A stretch of 59,732 bases of DNA, the filler included, from Sphacelaria rigidula (lineage: Eukaryota): NCBI GenBank assembly GCA_964200075.2. It is 9 parts of 9 records of this genome, joined end to end, with 100 filler letters (N's around TTAATTAATTAA, not from the genome) between each part and the next. Parts side by side here need not be neighbours in the genome. Positions count along the whole stretch, not along the records: positions 6,650 to 13,197 come from CAXNAA020019417.1; positions 13,298 to 19,845 come from CAXNAA020019418.1; positions 19,946 to 26,493 come from CAXNAA020019419.1; 6 more parts are not named here. One strand, given 5' to 3'. Positions 11,701 to 24,612 of the stretch are shown here, piece after piece. The translations under genes were made by a program, and so were the position numbers. The notes below the pieces were generated by a model, which did no database searches, was not told the origin of the DNA, and saw nothing but the letters and a program-made list of their open reading frames with translations. Numbering within the stretch: position 1 is the stretch's first letter; each line of letters begins with the position of its first letter.

Positions 11701-13197
11701 AGCCCGCGTCTACAGTAAAGATCCGATTGTACGCCGAATTGGAAGTTGGGCGAATGCGAATATTGCCATTTCATGCGACTGTCCCCCGTAGAGTAGAAAT
11801 TGGATTCAACTCGTCTAGTTGGTCGCACTTCAAGAGATAAAGCACTTCACCCGTTCAGTTCGTTGTACACTACTTTGAATTATTCCATCGAAATGACCGT
11901 GTTCCTTTTGCAATCCTTCCGCATCACCCTGCATGGGTGCACACAATGCAAGCCAGGCTTCATTCACTCGGAACCAAAACGATCATCGCCCGCTACAGGG
12001 GGGAGGCACAGCAAACAGCAGGGGGCCAGACGTAGTCAGTACTTCTGACAAAAATAAGGTCGGTTCATGTGTAGTAAAGTACGTTCCGGCGCTGGGGGGC
12101 AAGGATGTAGTACACTACTGTACGCTGCTTTCGGTATGTTAGGACGACTTGACCGAGAGCCATACACGTCGAATTTATGCGTCACTATCGACAAAAAACA
12201 CCGGTCACGCGGCTCAACTTTGGAGTTTCGTAAAGACCGCGCTGTATGCTACGCGGGGATATGAGAGAAGATCGATTCTCCTCGACAGTTGTCGATCTAA
12301 GTTGGGTCACTTCTCGAGCTAACAATTAACCCGTTCGCAGACGGCTTCACATAATTCTTCCATCATGCTCTTTGGTTAATGGGTGGGTGTTTCGTCAGGG
12401 CAACAAAAACCTGTGTACTCATGATCATGCATGCCATCGTCATAAGATGATTGACTTCGCATCCCTACAAAGCCGGGATGGAGCACGCCGAGTTTTCGCC
12501 GGGCCAGGATCGCACTCAAATCACCAAGCGCGGAGCGCCGTGGTGTACTCGGCGAGTCGCATAAGGGGTGAGCTGCATCCTGCTAAGATTGTTCGGCTCG
12601 AAGCCTACTTATTATCTTGCATTTGGATGACAGCCAACAATGGGTTGCTTTATTTTCTGGTATCGCAACTTCCAGAGACAGCCACGGGTTATACACTGCC
12701 TCATGGATGCGTCACCACAAAAAACCTGTGGGGGGAATGGTTGCAGTACAGGGACAAGAGATACGACAGACCCTGCCTGAGGTGAGACATGGAAAAGTTC
12801 TCATTTCTGGCTCCAATCCAAAAGCTCTCTGACCTGCAGTCCGTAGTACCACGCGCCGGGAACATCGTACCAGCAGTGCTCCTTGCATAGGTCGACGGTC
12901 ATCTCGTCGCTGGTAATCATGCTTGACAGCAACCTATCACCGATGTCGTCCTTGAAGCACGCGACATAGTCATCATTATATACGGGGTCGGCCCACTCCA
13001 ACTGGTACAGGCTGAAAGCCAAATACCCTCCACACGTAGCGTCAACGTGTAGGCTCCCGCCGCTCGAGAAGGCGTCCGAGTCGTTCACGCCAGCGCACGG
13101 TATGGCACACTGTGCGTCGCCGCCATGCATTTCGTGGTCTGTGTTTCCGTCAACCCCACACCAACACTCGTTGCCGTTTTGAAGGCCCATGTAGGCG
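8749..13197 (-). CDS. WSC carbohydrate-binding domain protein, 3' part (3 exons), with poly-Asp C-terminal tail
   Basis: Exons 13197-12834 (5'-truncated; GLQNGNECWCG...CGGYLAFSLY...CFKD...MTVDLCKEHC..YYGLQ), 11309-11201 (YGSECWCG..CHVLCTGDREHSC) and 8933-8749 (GGYEAFDLYKL..GG-D31-ET*). GT-AG sites and phases (0,1) join to complete two WSC repeats. Confidence 0.9.
10113..10580. mobile_element. MITE / foldback element with ~180-bp terminal inverted repeats
   Basis: 10117-10300 is the reverse complement of ~10400-10575 (gactctaatgg..aattcctgttcaaaactgc..ccgtcgttttacgcctgaaaa). Lies in a WSC intron. Confidence 0.85.
12412..12720 (-). mobile_element. 5'-truncated copy of retroposon family A
   Basis: Aligns with the 3' ~310 nt of 43782-44344. 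Confidence 0.8.
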
Positions 13198-13297
13198 NNN
13201 NNNNNNNNNNNNNNNNNNNNNNNNNNNNNNNNNNNNNNNNNTTAATTAATTAANNNNNNNNNNNNNNNNNNNNNNNNNNNNNNNNNNNNNNNNNNNN

Positions 13298-14170
13298 ATA
13301 TCTGGGCGTAGAGATCTCAAGAAACTGTTATTGGGATGCACATATGAAAAAAGTAATAGAAAAGGGTAAGGCACAGATAGGCAGAATGGACCTGGTCCTC
13401 AGAGACCCGCGTCTAGAGACTATGATCAAGAAATGTATCCTACTGAACGTGATCGTACCAAAGCTAGAATATGCAGGAGAAGTATGGGAGGGGAACGCGA
13501 AGGTGGTGGAGGGGGTAGAAACAGTACAGATGGCAGCAGCTAAGAAAATACTTGGATGCTCGAAAACGACGAGTAATACAGTTTCGAGAGCAGAGTTGGG
13601 AATGTACTCACTAAAACCAAACAGAGACATGAGGAAATTGCGATGGCAGTATGCGTAAAGAACATGCAGAGAAAGAGATTGCTGGCTATAGTTGATGGGG
13701 CTGTATGGAGGAAAAGTACGAAAGGGCAGCCGGGAGCAAGGTGGGGCAAAGAAGTCCATAAAATATGAAAGGAGATAGGAGGAAACCAAGACGAAATGCT
13801 CTCTATAGATGAAGGCGCGGGGTGCAACACAAAAGTAGGAGACATGAGAGAAATGAGGGTAAAATGAGAACTTAGACGCAAGGTAGACGAGGAAGATCAC
13901 CTACAGATATACGGGGGGTTGAAATCGTATGATGCATCAGGCAGTAGGGAGAAAACGATGGTTGTACTAGGGAATAGCTGGTGGCCAGAGATGGCGAAAC
14001 AGGACGGGGATAAGATATTTAGCAGTTTTTGTGTAATGCACGGAAGAAATGCAATGGGCACCGGAATGTTGAAGGTGTCTCTATTAGGAGTAGGGACGGT
14101 GCTCCGTCTCGAAAGGGATGCATGTTCGACGATCGAACGACTAAGACAAGCAACAAATGGGTACGCACAC
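13298..14170 (+). pseudogene. Non-LTR retrotransposon (LINE) ORF2 C-terminal part, degenerate
   Basis: YLGVEI..W..H...V..K..., L..VIVPKLEY..EVW..., E.VQ..A.K.ILG.....SN...RAELG is the typical RT domain 7/thumb. It contains stops and frameshifts, and ends at a C-rich junction. Confidence 0.85.
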
Positions 14171-14180
14171 CCTCCCCCTT

Positions 14181-14447
14181 CAGCCTGGTCCGGCGAGAAC
14201 TCTGCGTGCTCCGTCCCGGCTTTGTAGGGGCGGACCCCCGATGGGATTCGCGTCGGTTGGCGATGACGCTAGAAAACACTCCACTCACTGCGTAAGCTAG
14301 GCAACCACGTCACCGATTGGTTTCGAGCGCTCGCGTTTTCGTTTGCGGTAACCATGATGGTGGGTAGTCGAGCTGGATCGCGTTGTGCGGCGTGGGAGAA
14401 GCTCAACTCCGCACAGTGGGGATGATCGTACTTTACGTTGTGTTTAG
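14181..14447 (+). mobile_element. 5' half of retroposon family A, interrupted by the Copia LTR
   Basis: Matches 43782-44035; similarity stops at the LTR terminus 14448. Confidence 0.8.
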
Positions 14448-14768
14448 TGTTGGAAAAGGTGTCGCTTGGACCCCTTCGACGTGATCGCTAGACTTGGCGC
14501 AATGGCACTTAAACCAAGCAGGTAGACAAGCTGCTTTGGATTGTAGACAGAATACAGTGTTCAAGGTGCCGCTTGCGGGCAAGACAGTCCAAGCAACCCG
14601 CCGTGTTGAACGGTCAACCGAGAGGAGTAAGAACAACGTGACTACTACTATCGCCATATCAGAGCAAACTATCGTGAGCAGTACCGGCGATCCACAAAAT
14701 GCCTCCATACAAATTCAATACCTTGCGAAGCGTTGACGAGGGTAAGCCCCATAGCCTCATTTCTAACA
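14448..14768 (-). repeat. 3' LTR of Ty1/Copia element (321 bp)
   Basis: On the minus strand the PPT TTGAGCGGGAG is immediately followed by TGTTAGAAA...TTTCCAACA (TG..CA with an imperfect inverted terminus). Confidence 0.75.
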
Positions 14769-14914
14769 CTCCCGCTCAACGCGAATACCACTCTTACCCC
14801 CTCACACTCCCCCTCAATGCAAATACATACTAGTTCCAACCACCCAGCTCAGTTCAACCGTTCCGGCACTCAACGACGAAATAAGAACGGGTTTCACAGT
14901 TAGAAGAAAGTCAG

Positions 14915-17900
14915 ATTTTTGAATTTATTGATAAGCTTGACGAGATGGCGGTGCCTGTATCTGCTGAGGTACTTGGTCCCCATGTCGGCGAGTTGGTCTT
15001 CGGTCTTAGCGACCCGAATGTGGATCGTCCCCTCCTTGACTCATCCCTGAATAAAGAAGTACTATAGAGCTACGTGCTTGACTCTCACGTTGTAGGTTTC
15101 GGTTGCCTGCAATGTGGAGAGTTGAAGTGTTGTCGATATAAACAGGGACGGAGTCGAAGTGTGTGCCAATTCCCATCTCCCGCATTATGTTCGAGCAAAG
15201 TATGGGCTCCTTCATGGTGAGTGCAGCAGCAACGAGTTCTGCTTCCATGGTCGAGTACGCCGTCAATCCTTGTAGTCCTAGCTTAAAATTAATGGGGCCA
15301 TTCGAGAGAAATATGAGATATAATGATGTCGATTTTCCGTTGTCCGGATTGTTGACAGTTTGCATCTGAAAAAGCCGTCAATTGGAAACCGCCCTAGTTG
15401 GAGGGGATGTCATGATCCGTAGTGCCGGCCAAACATCGAAGTAGGTGTTTCGCAGATGCCATATGCGCCTTCGACGGTTTGGACATCGCCCGCGCCAGTT
15501 GATTCACGGCGCATCCAATGTCGCAGCGGGTTACTTAAGCGAGATACATCACACTGCTTGTAGTGGCCTGGAAGATTGATTTTCCTCCTCGTTTACTATT
15601 TTTTCCCTCGGCTGGTCCAGTGACAGTTCTTGTCCCACCCGAGGAGTGCGCGCCGGGTTGCAGTTCGCCATCCCGTCTCCAGGAGAGACTTGGTGTAATG
15701 TTTCTGGCTGATGTTAACCGCCTTGCCATTACGGTCACGAACAACCTCCATTCCCAGCACTAACGATACATCTCCCATGTCCGTCGTCGAAAAGCTTCCC
15801 ATTAGTTTCTGCTTGATTGTTTCAAGTACCTTGGAGTCTTTCCCGAGCAGTAGGACATCGTCGACGTACCAAGGCAAGATTTAGACATCACCACTCCCCT
15901 GGTGGATGTACACACAACGGTCCGACTCAGGACTCGTGAACCCAATTTCCGCCAGGTGTGTGTCGACTGAACCCCACCAACAGTTTGGACTTTGACGGAA
16001 ACTGTAAAGACGTTTTTGGAGCCACATTACCATCGGAGTTCCATTGGCGTCAAACTCCTCGTATCCGGGCGGCCTTTTGACGTACACTTCTTCCTTGAGT
16101 TCGGCGTTCAGGAAGGCGGTATTATAGTCCACTTGCCATCACTCCAACTCGTGCTCCGCCGCTACAGCCAACCCCATACGAACGTTCTGGATCCTGCAAA
16201 CCGGTGCGAAAGTACTGCCGCAGTCGACGCGGGGAACTTGTCCCCAACCCTGCACGACCACTTGGGCCTTGTACGAGATATCCTCTTACTTCTTGCACAC
16301 CCATCAAGACCCGATTCGCGTGTGTCCAGTTGGAACAGAGTCAGACGGCACGAGAGTATACACGTTGTTGTTTTTTAGGCTATCCATCTCCTTGTCTGAA
16401 GCCGCCTTCCACTGTCTTTTTCGGGGAGCTTCGTGGCCTCATTGAACGAGTTCAGGATTCCTTCGGTTTTCTCCTCCACCGAACAACTCGAGAGGCTAGT
16501 CGCTGTGCAGGCATACTCCACGGCTAGTTCCGCCCCAAACGTCTGATGTGCGACATCTGGTAGGAGTGCGTTGATGTGTGTTTGCAGTCGTCGTAGCTCG
16601 GAGAGAATTTTGTCATCCACAGTCGCTGCGAGGTGCGCAGAAGCTGCGTCGTCGTTATTCTGGTTGCGTTCCCTAGAGAGGTGCGTTGCAATGCCTGCGC
16701 GCATCACGGCAGGAGCTACTAAATGGTGAGAGTGTCGAGGGCGGTTGAGCGCGGTAGTTACTCGGCTTCACCCTGTAGAGGAGTTGCAGTTTGTTCTAGC
16801 GGCGTGCGGCTATCCGGTGATGTCGGCGACGTCTCTTCACGAGGTGTGTCATCGTCGTGCAGCATGTCCTGCTTGGTGGTAGCGCTGATTATCCCCAGAA
16901 GCTCGGCCACCTGTGGATCCTTAGAGATCCCGCTGGCAGTGACATGATTGACAGAGGCATGAGCTGGTTGAGCTAGAACGGAGGCGGAGTCGCGAAGATC
17001 ACGGAAGAAGTCATCGTCCGTGGCGTAATTGTAGCCCTCTCTGTTGCTGGACTCTCCGTCCCAAGTGAACATGGGTGTACCTGAAGTTGTGGCTCTCCCA
17101 TCGGTGTGAGGTGTGATGGCGTCTCGATGAAGACAACGTTCCTAATCTCCATGATACGTCGGGTAGCCGGGTTGTAGACTCGATAGCTCTTGCTGTCATT
17201 GCTATACCCAGCTAGTCGCCCTTCAACTGCTGTGAGAGCGAGTTTCGGAGTGTGCCGTACTATATGAACGAAAGTCCTGGCTCCAACAACTCGAAGGTGT
17301 TGGGGATCCGGTTCTGTCCTCTTCAGCATCTCATGAGGGGACTGCATGTCAAGCGCGGAATGCGGTGATCTGTTTGCAAGGTAGGCCGCTGTGGACATCA
17401 ATTTCCTCTGGAGGAAGGTTGTTAACCCGCTGTCGGCAAGCATGCACCGAATCATGGCTGTAAGCGTCCTCTCTAAGCGTTCTGACAGGCCGATTTGTTG
17501 TGGTGTATCGGTGCTCGCAAACTCTACCCATATGCCTGTGTGCCGGCAGTACGTTCTGAAGTCATTGCCAATAAACCAACCCCCTATGTCTGACCGAACA
17601 CCGCCAGGAATTACCATTGACTGTATGAAGGACTGAAATGCGTGAAATGCGCCGCCCTTGCTTTTTAGAAGATAAATCTCTGTCCATGTGGTATACTCGT
17701 TGGAGATTTTGCAGACGTACTGGAAGCTTCCGAGGGCCTCCGGCATCACCGGTCCCATCAAATCTGCCATGACCAGTTGGCACGTGGGTTGCACTTTGTT
17801 GTTGGCCGTCTTCGGATGGGCTAGTTGGTGACTTTTCCCAACAGCACAAACATCACAGTACGTGACGGTTCCACTGAAGTACACCCCGTTGCTTTCGATG

Positions 17901-19690
17901 GTTTTTAGAAGGTTCAAACTATTGCTGTTCAAGTACCGCATCCGCCGGTGTCACAGCGTGGCGGTGTCTGCAGCTTTCGTAGCCAGTCGCGCCGTTGCCG
18001 CAGATTAGTTCTAGAGAAAAAAGTATAGGTCACTCTCCAGCTCTTGGAGCGGAACGGTGAAGTTGTTTGTTTCCAGTCTTGGGTTGTTCATCTCGAAAAT
18101 AGATGCCACTCACTCCATTTCGTGTCGCTTGTTTGACGGAGAACAGATTCCGCCCCACGCCAGGCACGACCAAACACGAAATCCGGACCAGGCGGTGGAC
18201 CCATTCATCGTCTTTGATGTGTCCGCAGAGCAGTCCCTTACCAACCCCTGGCAGTCGGTGCCCACCTGCGGTGGTGATCTTACGTGGGATCACCAGTTCA
18301 TGGTAGTTGTAGAGTTTGCGTTGCAGCCCCGGGATAAGGGTATCGTCAAAGTAATGTCCCGACGCGCCACTGGCTACCATGACACTGGCAGAGCTAGCAG
18401 AGCGGTTGCTGCCCTTCTTCCAATTATCGAGAGCGGGTTCCACCGCGAGAGCCGACCCATCATCAGCGCCAGTGATACTGCCAAATGTTTCAGCGTTGTC
18501 GTCGAGGTTCGGCGTAGCTCGGTGGTAAAATGAGTTCCCACCTATCAACCAGGCGTAATGAACCACGGTTATTATGACCAACGCGCAGACTATTGGGGAA
18601 AGGGCCTCCTTGGTTCCCCGCAATATGTTGTAAGCTCTGCTCCGGAACTCCAGACCCCCGGCCTCTTCGGACCCGTCGGTCCCTTCGAAGGCACGGAAGA
18701 GTCCGCTGCTGTCAAATGAAGCAACGGGTTTCTTCGTCGGAGAAACGGCCAAATGTTGTCCGCTTCCCGGGGATTTTGTGTTCTGGGCGCTTCTAAAGCA
18801 TTGAAAGAGATGACCGCAGTCTACTCCCTTGCACCGGTGGCTGGTGGGTAACCTGACCACTACACGAGATTTGCTGCCTGCTGGTCGCGCCGTTGCAAGC
18901 AACGGCACTTTTCGTCGCTGTAGGTTGTTGACATGTGGAAGGAGCGCCACTTGCCTTCTGTCCCCTTTTCCTTGTTTCCCCCAGTCAGTGCTTGGGTCGC
19001 GGTTCGAGCAGGGCAATTTCTTTCAACATGGCCTCGATTTCCGCAGCGCGAGCATGCTATGCCGTTTCTTCTGCTATCACCACTTCCACTGGCCCACATG
19101 TCGACCCCGCGGCCTGCGACCAAGTTGATGGCATCTGGGCGTGAGACATACTCGGTATAGATGGTGCTGACCATGTATCGGAGATGCGCCAACTTAAAAT
19201 CGCGCCTCTGGCAGCTAGTATTACGAACTCTTTCGTACTCGGCAGGCAGGGCACGGAGGATAATGTCCTCGTATTGCTCGTCGGGTATAGATTGCCCCAG
19301 AGTCATCCTACGATAGGGGGGGGGGGGGGGGAGTTTGGGGCCTTTTTTNNNNNNNNNNTTGTGGATCAATAACGCTCATCCATACTCCCTTACACCGTTT
19401 GGAAACAAATACAAGCGCAACGCAAGTGTTGAAGGATGTCTGACACACTTATCAGCCTCTTTTTTCGTGCAACCAAATACCCCCCGCCCTATCGTAGGAT
19501 GACCGCCCATTTCCTCTAGGCGGTCGCGGTAGCCGCCTATAACAAGCATGAAGTCTTCCGGGTAATCTCCGGACTGCATCATCGTGGTGTGAAGTTTGTC
19601 ATGAAACTCCCTCCGTGCTTCTCTGATGTTGCCGTCATATTTGTTGTGCAGCGCTGCCCACGCTGCTTGTTCGTTCCCCACACCATCCTA
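14915..19690 (-). mobile_element. Ty1/Copia LTR retrotransposon gag-pol, pseudogenised
   Basis: Domain order is gag (AW..L..KY; CSRCGNRGHVERNC knuckle), protease (ASGASGH, degenerate DSGA), integrase (HRR..L, CDVCAVGK, DLMGP, RSD.GG.F, ERL.RTL), RT (D...AFLNA.L.EEVY, YVDD) and RNase H (STMEAE, IDNTS, QLAD..TK). Many stops and frameshifts; no 5' LTR was identified in the contig. Confidence 0.95.
19302..19503. mobile_element. Small MITE inserted in Copia gag
   Basis: TIR gtcatcctacgataggg / ccctatcgtaggatgac. Removing it restores the gag reading RLEEMG|QSIPDEQYEDIIL. Confidence 0.75.
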
Positions 19691-21339
19691 TTAGGTTCCC
19701 CCCATATGACGTCTGACTGTATTCTTTGCGGGTTTTTCCGTGCTGAAAACCAGGATACTAAACAGGTCATGGTTGAACAGGCATTTTTTTTTTTTTTTTT
19801 TTTTTTTTTTTCTTTTTTTGGTTTTCGCTTTCATTATCTTCTCCANNNNNNNNNNNNNNNNNNNNNNNNNNNNNNNNNNNNNNNNNNNNTTAATTAATTA
19901 ANNNNNNNNNNNNNNNNNNNNNNNNNNNNNNNNNNNNNNNNNNNNGACGCCAACCCCATCGGGGGTCCGCCCCTACAAAGCCGGGACGGAGCACGCCGGG
20001 TTCTCGCCGGACCAGGCTAGGGGGGGATCATTGGACGCGCACTGAACACCGTCACTCTGCACCGATGATGGAAGAAACGCAACGGCAATGACCACACCGG
20101 CGAAGTATTGTTGGATATTGTTGAACTTATCGCTGCCAGCTACGTGTTTCGAGCTCTCGAAGAAGCCGTGAGAGATTGATTGGTTATCTCACTTGACGAG
20201 CTGATTGCAACAATTCAGCCCATGATGAGGAGCAGTAATAACAGAACAGAAAAGAAAGAAGGGAAGGAACAAAAAAAATCAGAAGTAATAGCCACAGAAA
20301 GGAAAGAAGAAAGGAAGAAGCCACCACAACAACAACAGCAGCAGCAGCAGCAGCAGATTGGTCGCCCGGCAACGCTTCGCGCGCGCAACTTCAACTCAAA
20401 TGCAGCACTACTGTAAGCAGCACGCAGTAAGTACACTGCACGAATTACAGTACTTGTGTCATCCCTGCCATAGTCGGCCTCCGCAAGCCGAAAGACCCTG
20501 CGGTATATAGCAAAATCCTCACCGACGCGGATTGTTCTCATCTCCTGAAACACCGGGCGGTGAACTACGCCGAAGCCCTTTTTTTGTGCCCCTAGCTGAG
20601 TAGGAGCTAGGGTTACAACTACCGTACATACGCTGGGACTCTTTGTGCGAGTGCGGAGACAGCGTAGGCACAACCTGTGGCTACTTTGTCCCCCAGGAAA
20701 AATTCAAAACCAAGCTTTGACGTTCGAACCGTTCCAACCCTCAAGACGTATGAGACAACCGTTGCTGACCCCAGCATTTGATGACGAAGCCGGAAGAAGG
20801 CATGCGGTAGCCCCAACGGCGTTCATAGCCGCCAGGATCTCAGATACTTTGAGCAAGGCGAGCTTTGATTAAATGGTGGTTGCGATTGGGGTAGCTTCTG
20901 GGGTTCGACCGCCGGTACACGTTTCCTATCCTTCAGTGTTTTTCTCCCAACCTCAAACTGTCTGTCTGTTCAAACTACACACAGTGTTTGTACAGCACTC
21001 GTCATCGACCCTGCCCTGTGCTGTTCTCATGGGGTAAAGAGCTACCATGATACTGGCCAGCGAAGGACAATGAAGCAACACGCTGACTGCGTGCGAGCAC
21101 CAGCGACAGCAGTGGTGATGGCAGCCAAGCCACCCATGGCTGCTGTCGTGGGCTGGAGGGTGTGTTGGCGTGCGGCGGGATTTCAAACCCGTTTTCTGAT
21201 CACATAAGAAGTGGGTTATCTGAAAACGCGTATTTGAATAGAGTTTTCTTCATACATGAGAACTAGCTGACGGGTCACCGTCAGCGTCACGTACACGGGA
21301 ACACCACGCGTCAAACAACGCGTCACAACGCCTTCAACA

Positions 21340-21649
21340 CTGGTGAATGAGCCGCGACATGCACAGAATGAAACGTTACATTTGAACGTTACACGTGTCA
21401 ACGTAACGTTATATTATACGTTACACGTGACATTAAAAACGTTTCTTATTACGTTACATGTAACGAAACGTAACGTTAATTCTTTTTCACGTGATGAACG
21501 TAACGTGAACGTAACATTATATTTTCATATGAAACGTTAAGATAACGTTCAAATTTATTTAACGTGACATACGTAAAGAAACGTGAACGTTGAATATTTT
21601 TTACGTGATGAACGTAACGTGAACGTGAACGTGTGACGAGTAGACCCCT
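21340..21649. repeat. AACGT/ACGTT-rich subterminal array of a truncated hAT-like MITE
   Basis: Dense aacgt(t/a/g) and gtaacg motifs end in gtgacgagtagacccctg (CAGGG-type terminus on the minus strand). The second TIR was not found. Confidence 0.55.
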
Positions 21650-22078
21650 GCTTTTATTCAGACCCGCGGTCGGAGGATAGACAATTCCCGGGCAACCGCG
21701 CACACACACATGACTCCGTTGGTGTGGGGGTATCTTAATACAGTAGTGGCGAGCTGCATGTACTGCGATCCCGACGCTAAAATAAATGAATAAATACACT
21801 ATCGCCATCACGACAAACAAAGCTATGGCGGGAAAATACCGAAGAACGGCATACAGTACCAGCAAAACCCACGAGAAGTCAGTCGCCAGGAAGGAGGAAG
21901 TAAAGCGGCAGAAGTCACTCCACTATGCGGGGGTTGGTCGGTTTTCATCTCCGGCGGGGTGCCGATTCTCACGTGGAAGCTTACATCGAATGAAAGCTCT
22001 CATCAAGGGCTCTCCAGCGCAGACATTTCTATCGGCGCATGCGTGGGTTAGGGGCGCCAAAACACGCAAATGCACGTA

Positions 22079-22706
22079 CTTCCTCTGTCTCATAGGTTAG
22101 GGTACCTACGGGCAATACGTTGTCTGGGTACAACCGTGTTTGTGAGGATCGTATAGTCGGGTTCGTTAGAAAGATAAAACGAAGACGAAGCTAGAGGGGC
22201 AAACAAAAAAACGGGGTTCTATTCCTTCACCTAACAGGGTTAAGATATATACCTATTTTTGCCTATTCTGGGAGTATTTCGAGAATTTCGTGAGAATGTT
22301 TCATGAGAATGTTTCATGAGGATGTTTTTGAGAACCCTAAAAAAAATCGCAAAAGCGTCCAAATATAGTACGCTGCCCGCTCACTACACCACTCGAGCGA
22401 TGGACTCGCCCCCCAGCACACCACCACCTCGCAAACGGGGCGCCGAGATTTCGGTTCGTGGCTGCTACGCAATGGCGACAATGGTTTTCGACACTTTCTT
22501 TCCCGTGGGAAAGGCGTGAAATACGGCCATTTGGGAGCCTCCTGATTTTTTTCGGCCATTCGGCCGCATGTTTCGAGCACCGGCTGAAGAAAAAAAAATC
22601 TTACTTGAAAAACACCGAAGATTAAAAAAAAAGAAGTGAAAAACACATCGGACACGGCTGAGGGCCCGTACAAATTGAGGTACCCTGACTTATGAGACAG
22701 AGGTAG
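22079..22706. mobile_element. Tc1/mariner-type MITE
   Basis: TIR ta|cttcctctgtctcataggttagggtacct / aggtaccctgacttatgagacagaggtag. Termini and interior are related to 40704-41889. Confidence 0.75.
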
Positions 22707-23764
22707 AATGAGTGTATATGTGAGGAAGGCGTATCGCTAGGGTAAACAGATCAAGGAGGAGGCTGTCTTGGGAAATTTCGTCCTGATGCCGAAGGCACTC
22801 CCCGGCTGGCGATGATTTTCTCTCGTATATATAGGCAAGAAGTTGGGTCAGACGAGAAGTGGTTGCCAGGAGCCACCAGTTCCTCGCGGGATGTTGGACC
22901 GTCCTAATATTAGGTCCTCCCTGGCATCATGCCGAGTTGTCTAGTTTCGTAGGCATTACAGGGTCCTCGGTAATCTTGTCCATTCGGACCGTTCCTGCCT
23001 TGTCCTTGCTTGCGCTGGTTCTTTATACATGTGTGGCATCAGTCTCTGATATGTCACTGCAAAGAGGTCAGAACATTTTGTCTTGATCCAAGCTTTTTTT
23101 TGCCTTTATCTCGGCACCAACTACGAAGGCACCGCCGGTACAGGAATCGCGTGAAAGCCTGTGACCTGGCTTGTGTTGTACCAAACCAAAGATACATGGG
23201 GTGCCGGTTGTGCTTGATCATCAATTTCCTCCATATTCTCTACTGCTGTAGAGCCGGTACAGCGCACTTAGAACGCATGCCGGTACAGCGCACTTAGAAC
23301 GCATGCGATATACTGTACCTTTGCTGACTGCACTCAGGTTCTTGGTTTTTATGCTTTCGCATAATTCTCAAAAATTCGTGCGTTCTTGTTTTCGGTCTTG
23401 CCCACTAAAATCAAGTAATTGTAACGCCTCGGCGGGGTTTCCGCTTCAAAATCACCGCTTTAGAACAAGGCGCAAATATCTCTTCTCCAAACGAATAAAA
23501 AGCAAAAACCTAAGTTCACTTCGACTTCTCAAGGAGGCAGGTAGGTTCAACTGCATCGAGCTGTACCCTCACTGGAATCTTCCGCCCGGGTAAACGTATT
23601 TTGCCTGTGCCACTCTCGCCACCTCCCTTCACCACGACGCGATATTCTAACTTCCGCGCGTCCCTTAATATTGTAATTTACCCCCTGTTCTCGTTATTAT
23701 TTACCCCGACTGCCTGCATCTCCGTCTCTGCCGGGCTGGCTGGCTGGCGTGCTGGCCTACTCAC

Positions 23765-23939
23765 CTCGACCATGGAAAGCCCGATCTTGCACCCGTTCGC
23801 CTCCACGTGCTTGATTCTCACGCGGACCTTATCCTTGGTCGAAAGCACGTCGCTAGCTTTAGGAGTGAAAGTCTCGCTCATCTCCCGCACGTGCAGGAGG
23901 CCGTCGCGCTCGACCCCGATGTCTACCCATGCCCCGTAT
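23765..23939 (-). CDS. Exon encoding an S1 RNA-binding (OB-fold) domain
   Basis: ttgcag|...|gtgagt boundaries; YGAWVDIGVERDGLLHVREMSETFTPKASDVLSTKDKVRVRIKHVEANGCKIGLSM is a canonical S1 motif. Confidence 0.88.
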
Positions 23940-23984
23940 CTGCAACGGCAGACCGAAAGACACCGGGGAGGGGGGGGGGAAGGA

Positions 23985-24612
23985 GGTACTCGTGATCTGG
24001 CATGCCATACAAAGTCGCATGAAAATCGACCTCGCATTCCTACAAAGCCAGGACGGAGCACGCGGGTTTTTTGCCGGACCAGGTTCGCTCTCGATCACCA
24101 AGCGTGAAGCGCCGTGATAGGTCCGGCGAGTCGCATGAAGGGTGAGCTGCATTCTGCTAAGATTGTTCGGTCCAAAGCGTACTGATTATCTTGCACATGG
24201 ACGACAGCCTACAATGAGTTACTTCATTGTCTGGTATCGCCACATCTAGAGAGAGCTACGGCTTACACACTGCCTCATGGATGTCTCACCGTCTATACAC
24301 TACGTAGTACGATCATCCCCTCTGCGCGGAGTTAAGGTTCTCCACCCTGCATAAATATGATTTAGCTCGACCACCATCATCGTTACCGCAACAAAAACGC
24401 GAGCGGCAACCCCCTAGTAGAACCTGCTTGGCTAGTTTAAGCAGCGAGTGGCGTATTTTACAGCATCGTTGCCAACTGACGTCAATCCCCAAGGGGGTGA
24501 AATACGCAGGGAGGGTGCACTCATGATCTTGCATGCCATAGTCATCATGACCATTGACTTCGCATTCCCACCAAGCCTGGACGGAGCACGCCGGCTTTCC
24601 GCGGGACCAGGA
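23985..24612 (-). mobile_element. Two tandem copies of retroposon family A (near-full 23985-24495; truncated 24512-24612)
   Basis: Both align with 43782-44344 and both abut G-runs. Confidence 0.8.

Noticed and set aside
24512..24612. Family A as a TRIM/LTR element with solo LTRs
   Set aside because: The short copies are better explained as 5' truncations: variable lengths, long variable TSDs, a LINE-like 3' end, and no PBS/PPT.
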